In this document: positions 37,833-50,500 of the stretch, piece after piece
Numbering within the stretch: position 1 is the stretch's first letter
How the letters are laid out: every line of letters starts with the position of its first letter
DNA from: Selaginella moellendorffii
Lineage: Eukaryota; Plantae; Lycopodiophyta
Assembly: GCF_000143415.4 (NCBI RefSeq)
Contig: NW_003314359.1
Coordinates: 343,477 to 407,476 of the forward strand
Direction of reading: 5' to 3'
Length of the DNA stretch: 64,000 nucleotides
The notes under the pieces: model-generated
Database searches by the model: none
The model's input: the letters and a program-made list of their open reading frames with translations, nothing else
Told to the model about the DNA's origin: nothing
Translations under genes and position numbers: made by a program

Positions 37833-40800
37833 TATAAATGACTAAATTTTCCATTCTACTTTAGTCACTTAACCACATTTTCAACCATTTAAGGAGTCTC
37901 ACTCACAACCTTTGTAAGTCCTATTCTAGACTTAGGGACTTACTAGCCCCAAAAATGGCATCCATGCCACTCAACCATTGCACTTGGTCCAAGTGCTCCA
38001 CGTGTCCGATCCCATGATCGACACCCCAAGGTATCACTGACATATTAGCCTGTTACACTAAGGCCATGCCCATTCACCTTGGTCACACTAGTGGTCCAAC
38101 ACCACCTGCATCGTAGTCTCGTCTCTCAAAGACTAGGCCATCTTTCTATTAGTGACCATCCTAGATGCACTCTTTAGCATCCTTAAAATGCCTGCAGACA
38201 TAGGGAATAACCTTCCCCAATATCCTTTTTACAATCCCCACTAAGTCTCTTTTTTGTCCATGGTTGTGTTCGCCAACACTACCATTGGGACAATGCTCTA
38301 TCCTCTGGGACTTCCTCACCACATGACTATGTCATTGGTCACTACACTAGAGGACCACTCCTCTTTCTTTCCATAGTCTAGGACTTTGGGACAATATTTC
38401 GGAACACCATAGCCCTACGTGAGCTTCATGGGTACTCTCCCCACTTTTTGCCTTTGAGCCATGGGCTTAAAATGAGGTTTCATTGAGCCACACCAGGTAT
38501 CCAAGTAAGTAGTGCCACCCACACTTGGATTGAGAGCATCAGCCATTCAATCTCCTGGGGGAACTAAAGCCGGCTCTTGAACACTTCACCAAGCTACCCC
38601 GCTTGTTGGTCTGTATTCACTCTAGCCTTGGATTTCCTAGTGGTTATCCCATCATCCAACACCTGATTATAACCTTCCTGGGCCAAACTAGCCTTTCCCG
38701 CCCAAACTGGCTCCATTGGAGTCCTCCCCCTACTATACTTTTGGAGCTCACCAAACCCCCTAGGGTTTGGGAGACAAATGCTTTGGGCATTCACCCTCAG
38801 ACTTGAAGTGGACTTGGACTTGGACTCAGACTCATGCTTAGGCTCAGTCTCGGCCTCAGCCTCGGTCTCGATCCCGGTCTTGTTCTTGGTCTCGGTCTCG
38901 GTCTCGATCTCGGACTCCATCTTGGGTCCTTCTAAGACTCCATCTTGGGTCCGTCTTAGACTCCATCTCGGTCCATCTTGGACTCCATCTCAGACTCCAT
39001 CTCGGGTCCATCTTGGACTCCATCTCGGGTCTATCTTAGACTCCATCTCCGACTCCATCTCGGGTCTATCTCGGACTCCATCTCGGACTCCATCTCAGGT
39101 TCATCTTGGACTCCATCTCGGACTCCATCTCGGATTCCATCTCAAACTCAATCTCAGGTCCATCTCAGATTCCATCTTGGACTACATCTCAGGTCCATCT
39201 CAGACTCCATCTCGGGTCTGTCTTGGACTCCATCTCGGGTCCATATCAAACTCCATCTCGGGTCCCTCTCGGACTCCATCTCAGACTCAACCACGTGTCA
39301 TGTGTTGGTCCTCTTGTATCCCTTTTCTAGAGACTCTTTTATTACTCGCTTTGTGCTCGTTCCTTGAACACTTTGTTGGGAGTTCCAGTCCCGCTCTCGA
39401 CTTTTCAAGTTGGAGTTTTTAGTCCAAACGTGTTATGCTTGTTTGGCTTTCGCTTCGGCCACTACCACATAGCACTCTTTCGGCTCCACTTTGGGGCTTA
39501 GGGATTTGTGTCTCACAACTCCACCACCCATAGACGAAGTTCAATGTCCTCATCAAACAATAAATTATTTTATAAAGTAAGCAATCTAAGCAATCTAATT
39601 GTGCATCACGACTCTAGGGCATCCCCTGCTTGGTGGTGTGCCCAAGCCAATCTCCTCACTAAGAGTCCATGACCACCAAAATATGAATGTTCTCATGTTT
39701 TAAACCATCACTATGTCCTAGTGATTTAAGACTCAAACGCAAGCACTAGAGGGTTGGGACTCGAACCCAACCTCTGTATATGCATCTACGGATAGCATCA
39801 CCCAAGATGCTTGGCATGACTCCTCGCGTTGGTGCACCAATTTATACCTAAAGCGCACTATAGATCACAGCTTAGAAACATAGGTCCTTCGCACTACTAA
39901 GTCCTCTCACTTGATAAGTTTGTGATCATGCATGAACTCTTCTATGTGTGGCCCCATGGGCCACCCTTTTTGAAGTTAGCACCTTCAATTACAGTATTTG
40001 TTCCCTGGGCTTGTCAATCTTGCTTAGCAAGTCATCTGGCTAATATAACATGGTTTCATATATAAGCGCAAAAGTCCTTGACTATCGACTTTCATTCAAA
40101 GTCATCCCTTTGAACACTTGAGAACAACTTCCCCAACCTTGATAGTGTTGCTTTATGGCAAGCTTCAAAGCAACACTTTTGCTGTGCTACTCTGATTTCG
40201 CGCATTCCATGAACCATTTACACTTAGGCTTCTAGGTACTACGTTACTTAGAATTGTCTTTAGAAACCTTGAAGGAACTTTGTCCCTTAACTTGCTAAGG
40301 CATCTTCTTTCGCAAGCTTTCTAATTGCCATATAATCTAGTATGAATAATTTCATATTTTAGACTCTCCATGGCATCATGGTTGCTAGCAACAACACGCT
40401 CAAGCGCCCATTTGATTCTCCACTTCCAACTTGTATAACCATCTTTAGTTATGCCTTTCGATTCCTATGGTTCAATTTTATCCCTTTATTACTTATATTT
40501 TGGCCTCACACATTTTTTTTTGGTTATTCTCCTCCAGCCTAGGAAGATAACTTTGCACTTTCTACCATGCCTTAACAAGTATTCTTAAGGATGAACCTAC
40601 CCATTAACCTAGGGAATGATTCTTCAATTCGGGTATGCTCATTTTGTAATCCCACACACTAGGATTAACGTTGCTACTTATAGGCCTTTATATGCCCATC
40701 ACTAACCTTGCCAAAATCTCTTTTTAACTTTGTCCAATTTGAATAGACGGATTTTTCTTGCCTCAGCTACATTGGACATTTAGATAGCACCTCCTATTTG

Positions 40801-42598
40801 TCATTCGCTAAAGACTTAGTCCCTTGGGCCTTATTTAATGCCCTCATAACACTAAACACCACTTCCTAGTGTTTTAGAGTGGTTGGGTGTCCTAATGATG
40901 GCCTTTTTGACAATGAGCATTCCCTTTATGACATTGACTTACTTTATCGCAACATAAGCAATTTATCCCCCATAATCCTTATTCCAATAAAAAGTTTTAG
41001 GTAGTTACCTTTTACTAGTTTAATCAATTATTTTGCATCTTTTGCTTAATTACCTCATAGTTGTAAGTCTTACAACTCATTGCTGGTGTTTCCACACCAT
41101 CATTATTTGGGTCACCACACTTTAACTACATGCCTTCCAGCTTAGGCTATGCCATTCTCATTTCTATTAGGATTCCTTTGGGAAGAGGTCCTCATAAACC
41201 TACTAACTTGACCTCAAGGCATCACGCCTTGGTGCATTTGGTGTTTATACACCATCGGCTCCACAAACCTACCTTTATGACACTTCTTACTTGTGTCTAG
41301 GTCCTTACTAAGACCAATATAATTTTTTCTCATGCCAACTATCCGTTAGCACTGCACTATAGAGTTTACACACAACTTTGTGTCAAAATTGTTTTTTTCT
41401 AGGAACACCTTTCCCACGACTTTAGTATGGCACATTCTGCCATCAATGAAATACCCAATATTCTCATACTTGGATCTTATGATCCTCCCCATCTTTCGTG
41501 GGGCACAATACACTTTAATCCAAATGCTTTTATTAATTTCTTAGGACCATTCCTTGACTTTACTTGAGTCATCCAGTATTTTTAAATTTTGCTAATCTAA
41601 TGACCTATAAAGTTCTATTTTTGAGGTGTTAACTCGCTGGAATACAACTTTGTGTATTCATGTCCTACTCACAAGGACCATCTTTGCAAGTGCTTAATTA
41701 TTCCTCGTTTTCCATGGGCCACTCTCACTCCTTAGGACTTTCCATCCATATGATGAGAATACGGACTCATCCTCTGGGCACACCCCCAATTCCTTGGGTT
41801 TTTTCCAACATTTATAAAAGATAGCCTTGGCTACCATTTCAAGGATTTGTGTCCTCATCCGTATTTGACCTCTCACAGTCATTAGTTCCGATCTCCAATT
41901 CATGAGCACTAGCTTCAACTATATGAGGATAATTTTGTGACTCCTTTATTATTTTTGGAGTCCCTATCTTTCCTATGATCCCAACTATAGTTGTTTACCA
42001 CAATTACATTAACTAATTTGCTAAGTCAAATGCTCATCTGGATCACATCCTCAACTCTCTGAGGAAAACCTTATACTGTTCCCAAGATCCTAAAGTCATT
42101 TCATTATTGACCCTTTTCTATCCCTCATCTACAAGTTCACACATGAACTATATTGGAGAGCCATGTCTTCCCAACTTGCCACTCCCCAAAGATAGGCCCA
42201 CTCTTAGGACCTTCCGATACCAACACTAGTGGTGATATACTTGAGCACCAATAAAAGTCAGACTAAGGAATAACTTCGATACCAAATTGTAAGCGACTAA
42301 ATTTTCCATTCTACTTTAGTCACCTAACCACACTTTCAACCACTTGGAGGAGTCTCACTCACAACCTTTGTAAGTCTTATTCTAGACTTAAGGACTTGCT
42401 AACCCCAATAATGGCATTCATACCACTTAACCATTGCACTTGGTCCAAATGCTCCATGTGTCTAATTTCATAACCGACACCCCAAGGTACCACCAATATA
42501 CCAGCCCGTTACGCTAAGGCCATACTCATTCACCTTGGTCACACCAGTGGTCCAACACCACCTGCATTGCAGTCTTGTCTCTCAAAGACTGGGCCATC
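37833..42598 (-). mobile_element. Decayed non-autonomous LTR retroelement (LARD-like): 3' LTR 37833-39517, internal 39518-42287, truncated 5' LTR 42288-~42598
   Basis: The LTR is homologous to 45754-47522 in reverse. A purine-rich tract (GGGTGGTGGAGT on -) abuts 39517. A degraded Met PBS (TGGTATCGAAG on -) lies at about 42274-42284. Internal 41025-42287 matches 62729-64000. No gag/pol ORF in the 2.8-kb interior. Confidence 0.85.
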
Positions 42599-43180
42599 AA
42601 TTTTATATTGTACTACCATTCATAATGAAGAAACAATGTACTTGGATGGTGTCAAAACTTTTAAGATGTAAATGAGCTTGAATGATGTTAAATTTATTGA
42701 AACTTTGTAAGTAGTTCATTATGCCCATATAACATTGTGGATGTGATCGCCTTAGTCTTTTTTATTCATTTTCATAATCTTTATGAATATAATCTTGATG
42801 GTCTTGTTTGTAGACTATTTTCTTAAGGATTGTATAGTGTTGAGGCTTTGTGGTTGATTGCAAACTCTTGAGTTATAATGTTAATGGTCTTATTGATAAA
42901 GTATTTTCCTCAATATATAACAAATTCTCAAAGTAAAGTACTTCGTGATAATGTTTTTGTAAATGAACTTTGATATGTTCTTTGCTGATATAGACTTTAT
43001 TGGTTGAGTTTCAACCCACTTTGTTAGTAGCTATGAGAATGTATTTGTTTCACTTAGAGCTTATTGTAAGTGATCTTAGAAAGTCGAGTCCTCATCATTG
43101 AAATGACTTCTTTTTTAGTTATCCACAATGAGTTTCTTCAAGTAAATCTTAAGTTTCTTTAAGTTGTACATATTTTTATA

Positions 43181-43204
43181 AAGTTCTATTTCGTTAAAGT
43201 GGGA
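43181..43204 (+). repeat. Left terminal inverted repeat
   Basis: aagttctatttcgttaaagtggga; one mismatch to the right TIR. Confidence 0.9.
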
Positions 43205-45753
43205 ATTGTCATTATCCCACTTGTAAAATAAGGTTTCCAAACCTTTATATAGTATATAAATATAACAAAATTCAACTGCATTGAGGCATATGCCATTTTA
43301 TTTTAAACAAGGAAATGTCTACTCAATCACTTCTCCTCCCCATGCCACTGCTTCACCTCTCTCTTCTCTTTGTCATCGTCGTCCAATTTCTTTCCATCCT
43401 TTTAATATTGGCTCAGTTGCTCCGAGTCTAGATGGAGCCCAAGTCCCCATTCAATCTTTACTTTCCCCTTATTAATAAAATAACTTCGTAGACTTCCAAT
43501 AACATGTTGTAACACTTCTAGTATAATGCAAATCCTCTCAAAGAATTGTCTTTTAATATTAATACAATGGCATGGAACCCCATGCCATAATAAGTTACAT
43601 TTCTAAATAAATACATGCCATCTCAGACTGTTATTTTTTGCCTCCAACGCCTATACAATAATCTTGGAATTTCATCACTCTCCACACTATCAGGATTTAA
43701 ACCCAATAGTAATGCCATCTCTTCTCTAATACGTCCACACTCATGTTCAGTGGTCGAAGAACCCATCCGGTTGAGCAGATTATGGAGATGCGGATAGTGC
43801 TTGGCTAGACAATATACATGCCATAAATGATGACTGGTGTTTGTCCGATCAAATGGCTTCTGATATACCGTTCCATCTGCCATTTGGTTGATTTCTACAG
43901 CCACCTCCTGGACTGGCCGGTTCTCTATCACCATCGCTCCAAGCCGTTTTGCAAGGTCCCCCAGAACATACGGTTTCTTCTCCTAGTTTTTATACTGCAA
44001 GAGATGGGGTGCACTGTATATGTGTGCGTGTTCACTGCAGTTTTAATCGGCGAGTCATTGATGATGAGGATTTCACTTGACCTAGCAGTCCGGTTCATCA
44101 CTACAGCCTCTGGCTTGACGAAGATGGGCTTGCTACCCCTCACATGGACCATAGTCAAGCAATCCTCCTACGTTAGGAGAAAGTCAAATGGTAATATTAC
44201 TCACGTCTGATCATGCATCATCTGTAGCAACGTTAATGCATTGTGGCGCATCATGGATGTCCAAACTCCCAATTGCAAATTGAACCCGGCCCTCTGTTTT
44301 AAGTGTTGCATGGTCATTATTAGATCCCGCAGTTTCTCCCGTGTGATTAATGTGAATCTGTCTCTTTTGACCAACTTGCGACCGCAGGCTTTGGAGGGTG
44401 CAGTGACATTTGAGGACGAGCCACGCTCATGGGAGAAAAGGACACCGTTCAGATCAAAAACGATACAGTACCTTCGCTGTGACTCTGAAATGAAATGCAT
44501 CAGCATAAAAAATGGTACAAGTCAATTTTACCATCTACAATATTAGCGAATGGTGCTCCCGATGGTTGTTGAGAGGGTTTTAGTCGAGGAAACGTGAAGG
44601 GCGGAAATACTCTCCTCTGCAATGTGGGGTCAATCGCATCTGATGGCGTGTGGGCACATGCCATTTCAGCTGTAGACTCTGGTACAACTGGCTCAATAGT
44701 GGCATGGGGTGGTTTCGATGGCGTGTGATCACACGCCATTTCAGCTGGTGCCTCCATTGGCAAAGTGGACATGACCGAACAGGCAGCAGGGGCGGTGTAA
44801 GGAGGTTCCAACGGCGCGTAGTCAGACGATTGGGCACACGTTGAGTCCGTTGGAAATGAGGATACGACCGGCTCGGCGGCTGGGGCGGCCTCATGCAGGT
44901 CCAATGGCGCCTGGTCACCGTCAGTTGGATACGTGGACAAGATTGACTCAGTGGTATGGGCAGCATCAAGTGGAGCGTGGTCAGCTTGCTTGGCGTTGAT
45001 ATGGATAGTAGCCTCCACCAGCTCTAATGACTCTTGCAGGCAAGTAGAGTCCACTGGTGGATCCATATGCATGTCCAAATATCTCCCTTCGATTGAGATG
45101 GTATCCTCCCTACTGGCTACTAAAAACAAACTCATTAGCACATTGAATCGACTATACTATATTTACCATCAACTGCTATTGAGGAACTAGGACCGATATC
45201 ACTTGGGCGCACTGCTGATTCTGAAGGATTGGACATACGTTTCGACCCTTGCTTGGCACTATCCTTCCTCGACACTAAAGGCTAGAGTTTGTATCTTAAT
45301 TCAACTGAATAATCTCTACTTACCATTTGCTCTGCGACCTACATGGACAATGTTAGAAATGGTAAAAGGTTAGGAATGGATGTACTATTATTTACCTGAT
45401 GGTTTGTCTTGTATGACCTTCCTCCGCTGCTCTTTGGCCACCTCAGGCTAGCCATCGTCGTCATCATTGCCGTCGTCGTTATTGTGATCGTCACCATTGT
45501 GAGGACCATCCAAGTCCTCTTCGTCCTCCTCTTCTTCGTCCTCCTCTTCTTTGTCCTCCTCTTCGTCCTTCTGCTCTTCCTGCTCATTATCTTTCTCTGG
45601 CTCCTCATCCCCCTCCTGCATTTCTTCCATAGGCTGCTCAGGTTGGATGGCTTGTTCTTCCAGGACCATCTTGGGAAAATCATCTGGCCGAGTCTCCATC
45701 TCAAAATACAAGACATCCATAGCCTGTTTTAGTGCGTGACCTAGGACCGTATC

Positions 45754-47522
45754 TGTGAGACACAAAATCCCTAGGCCCCAAAGTGGAGCCGGAAGGGCGC
45801 CACATGGTAGTGGCCGAAGCGAGAGCCAAACGAGCGTAACACGTTTGGACCAAAAGCTCCGACTTGAAAAGTCAAGAGCGGGAGTGGAACTCCCAACGAA
45901 GTGCTCAAGGAACGAGCACGAAGCGAGCAAAAGGTGAGGCTCCAAAAAGGGACCCAAAAGGACCAACACATGACACGTGGGAGTGTCCGAGATGGAGTCC
46001 GAAGTGGAGTCCGAGGTGGACCCGAGATGGACCCGAGTTGGAGTCCGAAGTGGAGTCCGAGATGGAGTCCGAGGTGGACCCGAGATGGACCCGAGCTGGA
46101 GTCCGAAGTGGAGTCCGAGATGGACCCGAGATGGAGTCCGAGATGGAGTCCGAGATGGAGTTCGAGGTGGACCCGAGATGGACCCGAAATGGAGTCCGAG
46201 ATGGAGTCCGAGATGGACCCGAGATGGAGTCCGAGATGGACCCGAGATGGAGTCCGAGATGGAGTCCGAGATGGACCCGAGATGGACCCGAGATGGAGTC
46301 CGAGATGGAGTCCGAGATGGAGTCCGAGATGGAGTCCGAAGTCGAGACCGAGACCGGGACCGAGACCGAGACCGAGACCGAGATCGGGACCGAGACCGAG
46401 ACCGAGGCCGAGGCCGAGACCGAGCCCGAGCCCGAGTCCGAGTCCGAATCCGAGTCCGAGTCCGAGTCCGAGTCTGAGTCCGAGTCCGAGTCCGAGTCTG
46501 AGTCCGAGTCCGAGTCCGGAGCCTGAGAGGGTGAAAGCCCAAAGCGTTCGTCTCCCAGACCCTGGGGGGTTTGGTGAGCTCCAAAAGTATAGTAGGGGGA
46601 GGACTGCAGCGGAGCCAGTTTGGCCAGGAAAGGCCAGTTTGGCCCAGGAAGGCCGGACCCAGTGTTGGGTGATGAGATGCCCACTGGGAAGTCCAAGACT
46701 AGAGTGAACACGGACCGACAAGCGGGGTAGCTTGGTGAAGTGTTCAAGAGCCGGCTCTAGTTCCCCCGGGAGATCGACTGGCCGATGCTCCCAGTCCAAG
46801 TGTGGGTGGCACTACCTACTTGGATACCAGGTGTGGCTCAACGGAACCTCGCTCTAAGCCCATGGCTAGAGCACCTAAAGGCGAAAGGCGAGGAGAGTAC
46901 CCAGGTGGCTCGCGTAAGGCCACGGTGTTCCGAAATGTTGTCCCAAAGGCCTAGACTGTGGAAAGGAAGAGGAGCAGTCCTCTAGGGTAGTGACCAAGGA
47001 CACCGTCGTGTGGTGAGGAAGTCCCAGAGGACCATGGGACTTAGTGGTCGGGCCTATGGGCCTCGATCCAGTGGCAGTGTTGGCAAACACGGCCAGGGGC
47101 AAAAAGGGACTTGGTAGGAATTGACAAAGGGACTTTGGGGAAGGTGATTCCCCAGGTCTGTGGGCATCCTAAGGATGCTAAGGAGTGGATCTAGGATGAC
47201 CACTCGTGGACCGATGGCCCAGCCTTGGAGAGACGGGATGGTGATGCAAGTGGTATTGGACCACTAGTGCAGCAAAGGTGAATGGGCATGGCCTTAGCGT
47301 AACGGGCCGAGATGTCAGTGGTACCTTTGGGTGTCGGTCTTGGGACCGGACACGTGGAGCACTTGGACCATGTGCAAGTGTTGAGTGGCATGGATGCCAT
47401 TCTTGGGGCTAGCAAGTCCCAAGTCCTGAATTGGACTTAAGGAGGTTGTGAGTGAGACTCCTCCAAGTGGTCGAAGGTGTGGTTAAGTGACTAAAGTAGA
47501 ATGGAAAAATTAGTTGCTTACA
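45754..47522 (+). mobile_element. Solo LTR (1769 bp) with 5-bp TSD GTATC
   Basis: TGTGAGACAC...GCTTACA; GTATC at 45749-45753 and 47523-47527; near-identical to 60908-62728. Confidence 0.96.
45982..46520 (+). repeat. Hexamer minisatellite inside LTR (GAGATG/GAGTCC/GAGACC/GAGCCC)
   Basis: Directly visible; equivalent arrays at about 61141-61730 (+) and 38808-39288 (-). Confidence 0.95.
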
Positions 47523-50500
47523 GTATCCTCACCCAACTGTCTTAACATGGTTTCTACATTCTTGCACCCTTCGAAGACGACGAGATGAGAAAAATGTGGC
47601 CCTGACTTGAAAAGCATCCCTCATCCATTGTACCTCTCCATTGAGATTGGGGAAGGGGAGTCCGCCATAGGAATCTGAGTCAGGAGGTGGTGACTGGCTG
47701 CTTTCACTCAGCCCTTGATCTGCAATGAATGGCATGAGCACACACGCCATAACCGCGAGGCATTACCTATCATCTTTTCGTTGCCCTTCTTCCTTTTCAA
47801 ATCAAACGCCTCTGATCCCGACGACTGTCCAATGTGCTTTCGCTTTTTATGACCACTGTCAGTTTGAGCTTGGCTTGTGCTTGCCTGTTTTGCCTTTGAA
47901 GAAGTGTCTCCTGCAAGGAATGGCATGAGACCACACGCCATTGCAAATATAATTTGTACCTCCTTTTTTCCTATTGCTTGTCTGTTTGTCCTTATTCGAC
48001 GCGCCACCAGTGCACTTTTCAGTCCTCGTGTCTGAATATTCACAACGATCTATAATCAAAATGGCGTGAGGCCTCACATGACCTTACCTTGTGCAGGTTG
48101 TGAGCTCAGCCCAACATGGGTATCTTCAACAGTAGCTGTTAATGCCGTTTCAGCATCTGGGGGTGGCCACGCTCCTACATATAGAGCTTGTGAGATAACA
48201 TTTAAACTTAAAGTGCGTACTCACCAGGTTCGCAGAGAAGATACTGTTTTTCTTTGGCAACTGTAATTATATGCTCCATTGAAGTCACCTCTTCAATGGA
48301 GTTTGTCACCGCAACACACGGGACACCCTTGAGTAGTGCGGCTCGAAAGAATAGTCCGCCGCAGTTGTACTCGACAACGCATTTGCTCTTGGAGTCGGAA
48401 GCAGGTGACCCACCCGCTATTGCGTTGAAGACCCAGCTGAGCATTTCCCATGCTGCACCTGAAGCTTTCTTTGGATTCGAAAGCTCCATAGCCGTCTTCA
48501 GTTCCTCAGGCACGGGTAAATTGACCTCCCTCAGATCAATTCGATCGGCCTTGTCGAACGAAGCTGGGAAGTCACTCTAGTCCCACTCTGCTGTAGGACC
48601 AATAATAAGGGCGAGTGTGAAAATGCGGACATTCGTCGGTATCTTCTTCTTAGCCATTATCCCATGGATCTCCCGCATCTCCTTGCCTTTCAACCGAGCC
48701 TTCACCTCGTTCAAGGCCTTCCAGAACTTGTGATAGGATTCGGAGTCGTAGATCATATAGTGGACTGAAGATTCCACCTCCGCAAGTCCCACCATTAAGT
48801 CAATGATGGAGTTGACTTCATCTGCATGAGTGATATCCTCATTTGTGAAGTCCATCACACAAAAGATGTTCTTGACCTGCTCATCTCCGCGGGAAATGAT
48901 GCTCCTCCACCTTTGATCCTCATCCGAATTCACGTATACCCGGTAAGGTTCTCGATAGGCCTCTGCTGCGGGGTCGAGCTGTTTCTGAAGCCGGCGGTCG
49001 ACATCAATCTTAATGAAATTTGGATACTGATCCAACTTCTCAGCTTTACTTTTCATGGCATCCCGTAGCAGATTGATGAACTTGGGGGCCCCCTTCACGT
49101 ACTCGTCAATGTCTTCATTTGACAACTCCAGCGCTTCCATCATCTCTTGCGTGGTGTCGATGCTCACCCTCTCCACGGCCACTTGCTCGAAGATCCAATC
49201 CTTCAATAGCGCACGAGCTCTCAGAGTCGTGCACAAGTCCTCGTATGTCACAATATGGCCGGGAGTCATTTTGGTCTTGTTAAAGACTACCTCACCACGT
49301 AGAAGAGCATTAGCCACTGTCAGAAGGTCGTCGTCGTCCAGAGACCGCGAGAAACGCAAGGCGTTGAGCTTCAACTCATTGGGCTTCCGGCCGTCCTCCA
49401 CACCCATTGAGTTTAGCAACTCCCCGTCATGGTACCTCCTCAGCACATTTACCCATTTGTCAAAAACAACTTTTGTCGCGAGTAGAATGTTATGGATGCT
49501 AAGTGTGTCATTGAGAAGACTCGAGAGAAGACTCGAGAATTCCTGCAATGGAAATGGCATGAGGCCACATGCTATGCCACATACAACGAGGCTTACCTGC
49601 CAGGCGCTAGTTGCTAGTGCACGTCCTTGTCCTGGTTTTTGTGGCTTCTTCAGTTGAACCCAGAGCTTCCGTGTTCGTGCCAATGTCTCGTGCAGACCCG
49701 ATTTGTAGCACGTTTCTTGCTTGACATTCTGCGCGTGGGAGATGTATATGATAGATCGGAGGGGCGAGTTGCCTTTTATCAGGCGGACAACTCTTGTCTT
49801 GAAGACTTTCTTCACCTCCTCGCCCACCATAATATCCACAACTATCTCTTGCATCGCCAAGCTAGAATGCTGCCCGGAGACGGCATAGAACCGGATGTTC
49901 TGATCGTTTAACACCTTCCTATTGATCAAGTCTGGAAACCTCGTCTCGCCCTTCATTGTTCAGTAGTAGGGGATCACGTCTGCGATGTCGGGTGTTACTG
50001 GACTTGCCAGCATCTTCTGCTTCAGTTTTTCCACCCACTCATCAGATACTAGCCTGTGGTTGTATTTGCTTTGGATGTCGATACGGCTCACGTCGATTGT
50101 ATATACTTTGTTGGAATAGTAACAAGTACTATTATCTGCGACGATTTTTGCTGCCTCTTCTTGCTCTTTCTGCTCTTTGCGGCTCTTCTTTTTGGTGGGT
50201 GTAGTGTTCGAACCCGAGGCAATGGCATCACTGAGGAGCTTCTTTTTTGAGCAGGAGAGTCGGACGTCGGCTTGAGCTTGACCACCCTTTTCTGCTTCGG
50301 GGTAGTTTCCAGATCGACCCCCTTCCCCTTCGCTTCGCGAACTGGAGGCACTCTCAACGGCTCAATGTTGGAATATAGTTTTTGAACATCGCCGTAGGTG
50401 AGGTCCGTGGATTCCATGTGATCTTCATAGACCCGCAGCGTCTTTGAAATTGTGGGCCTCCTGGACAACCTCTCCCTAGCTCCCTCTAGGAATTCCTCAT

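Noticed and set aside
45448-46799. Long ORFs on both strands encoding (SD)n, (RS)n, (GL)n, (ES)n; likewise 60803-62005 and 38594-39422
   Set aside because: Products of stop-free hexamer arrays inside LTRs; reading frames are not conserved between the three copies.
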